Made by a program: the position numbers and the translations under genes. The notes under the pieces are model-generated. The model worked only from the letters and a program-made list of their open reading frames with translations, was not told the DNA's origin and did no database searches. A stretch of DNA of 64,000 nt from the human T2T-CHM13v2.0 reference genome, Homo sapiens: assembly GCF_009914755.1 (NCBI RefSeq), contig NC_060925.1; one strand, written 5' to 3'. How positions within the stretch are numbered: position 1 is the first letter of the stretch; every line of letters begins with the position of its first letter. This document shows, piece by piece, positions 62,316 through 64,000 of the stretch.

Positions 62316-62420
62316 ATTCATTCTTTTGTTTATTCATTTAACAAGCATTCAGGGAGTACCCACTATGCACCAGGCACTATGTTAGGCGCTAGGATGTAGC
62401 TGTGAATAAAAAGGCATTCT
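62316..62420 (-). mobile_element. L2 3' fragment
   Basis: TTCATTTAACAAGCATT...ACTATGCACCAGGCACTATGTTAGGCGCTAGG. Confidence 0.75.
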
Positions 62421-62676
62421 CCCCACCTGTCCAAGAGCAGAGCTAGCAGGTTAAACAAGCAAGTAAGACAGCAAGTGAAGGACCCAGGGCCTGTGGGAGC
62501 CACAGCAGGGCCTACGCCCCAGGCAGGTGTAACAGGGGCAGCCTTTCAGGTGCAGTGACCAAAGGCATTTGGGAGTAATCCACACAGCAACGCCTGAGGT
62601 CCACATGGTGGTAGTGTGGGGAAGAGAGCTGAGCTGCAATGGCCATTAACTTTCACCCTTAAAAATGGTGTCCCCT

Positions 62677-63012
<336 letters not shown>

Positions 63013-63021
63013 TCACACCAG

Positions 63022-63035
63022 CCGCCAGGTGGTAG
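63022..63035 (+). promoter_or_regulatory. Candidate CTCF core motif
   Basis: CCGCCAGGTGGTAG is one mismatch from CCGCCAGGTGGCAG. Motif match only. Confidence 0.3.
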
Positions 63036-63074
63036 AAAGTTCTGTTTTAGATGGAAGAGCCTTGTCCCGTCACC

Positions 63075-63272
63075 GTGTGTGTGTGTGTGCGCTCGCGTGT
63101 GTGCGTGTGTGCGTGCATGTGTGTGCGAGTGCGTGCATGTGTGTGTGCGTGCATGTGTGTGCGTGTGTGCATGCGTGTGCGTGTGCATGCATGTGTGTGC
63201 GTGCATGTGTGCACACGTGCATGTGTGTGCGTGCATGTGTGCACACGTGCATGTGTGTGCGTGCGTGTGTGT
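63075..63272. repeat. Alternating purine-pyrimidine (TG/CG/CA)n tract
   Basis: About 200 bp of nearly unbroken RY alternation with many CpGs. Confidence 0.95.
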
Positions 63273-64000
63273 AGCTACTTACACATCTATCTGTCTAGGC
63301 ATCTAGGTGTCTGTGCACCTGCCTTCCTCTATATACCCATCTGTTTATCCATTATCTATTTAGCTATGCATCTATCCAAGCATCTATGCACTCGTCTATC
63401 ATCTGTCTATGCATTTATCCATGCATGCAAGTATATTTATGTATGCAAGTATACGTATAATAGACATAGATATGAACATAACATATGGAAAGAGAAGCTG
63501 TGGTTAGGCTCTTGGTCACATTTGGATCCCTGTAGCTATTTCTCCAGAGCAGAAAATATTTTGCCTAATTTTATTCTGCTGAAACTGTTTTTTTTTTAAA
63601 AAAACAAATCTTGCAGATGCTTCCTCCAGAATAGCATGTTTTCCCCAAAAATAACTGGGCCAGGGTTATCCTAATTAACTGAGTATTCCGGAAGTTACCT
63701 TTGGAAATGATACTATGTATAATGTCAAAATTTTCCAAAAATTGGCCCTGGAGCACAGTGTAAGCCACCCGTCCATTACAGCGCCGAGGCTCCAGCACCC
63801 CTGATGTCCAGCGGTCCCGGCCGCCGCCCAGCCTCTAGCAGAAGTCAAGCCTCCATTCCAAGCCTGCTCTTGTTTCAGAGGAGTTAACTGGGATTTACAA
63901 TAAGAGGCTGACTTGGCAAGCCGGGAAAATGGGTGTTTGAGGCTTCATTTCCCCCCTTTCTTAAGCAACATCTTTTCTGAAGAATTTCTCTGTGCCTTGT

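Noticed and set aside
63775-63835. CpG-rich patch as a CpG island or promoter
   Set aside because: Only about 60 bp, far below CpG-island length.

Overview
Gene-free human (hominid) genomic DNA, intergenic or deep intronic. A 5'-truncated AluYa5 points to human rather than another primate. I cannot place the locus from sequence alone. No host protein-coding exon, tRNA, rRNA or CRISPR array is supported. The listed ORFs are chance ORFs, simple-repeat translations or transposon relics (MaLR internal ORF, L1 ORF2p C-terminus). Much of the window is interspersed repeat: about 20 MaLR/ERVL LTRs (THE1, MST, MLT1, MLT2) including a two-LTR THE1A element, four ERV1 solo LTRs, six Alus, L1/L2/MIR fragments and hAT/Tigger DNA-transposon fossils. 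Subfamily names come from my memory of consensus sequences and need RepeatMasker/Dfam confirmation. The most unusual items are: (1) an 842-bp, 44-unit 19-bp minisatellite with higher-order structure, carrying 31 CACCTG E2-boxes that mostly read as CAG|GTGAG splice-donor motifs on the minus strand; (2) an ancient three-copy rearrangement of an MLT1J-like segment, with an inverted duplication and a copy nested inside a younger LTR; (3) several small template-switch scars; (4) repeat-free AT-rich islands dense in homeodomain, TALE, SOX and TCF motifs that resemble developmental enhancers. I found no convincing new gene-encoded system.
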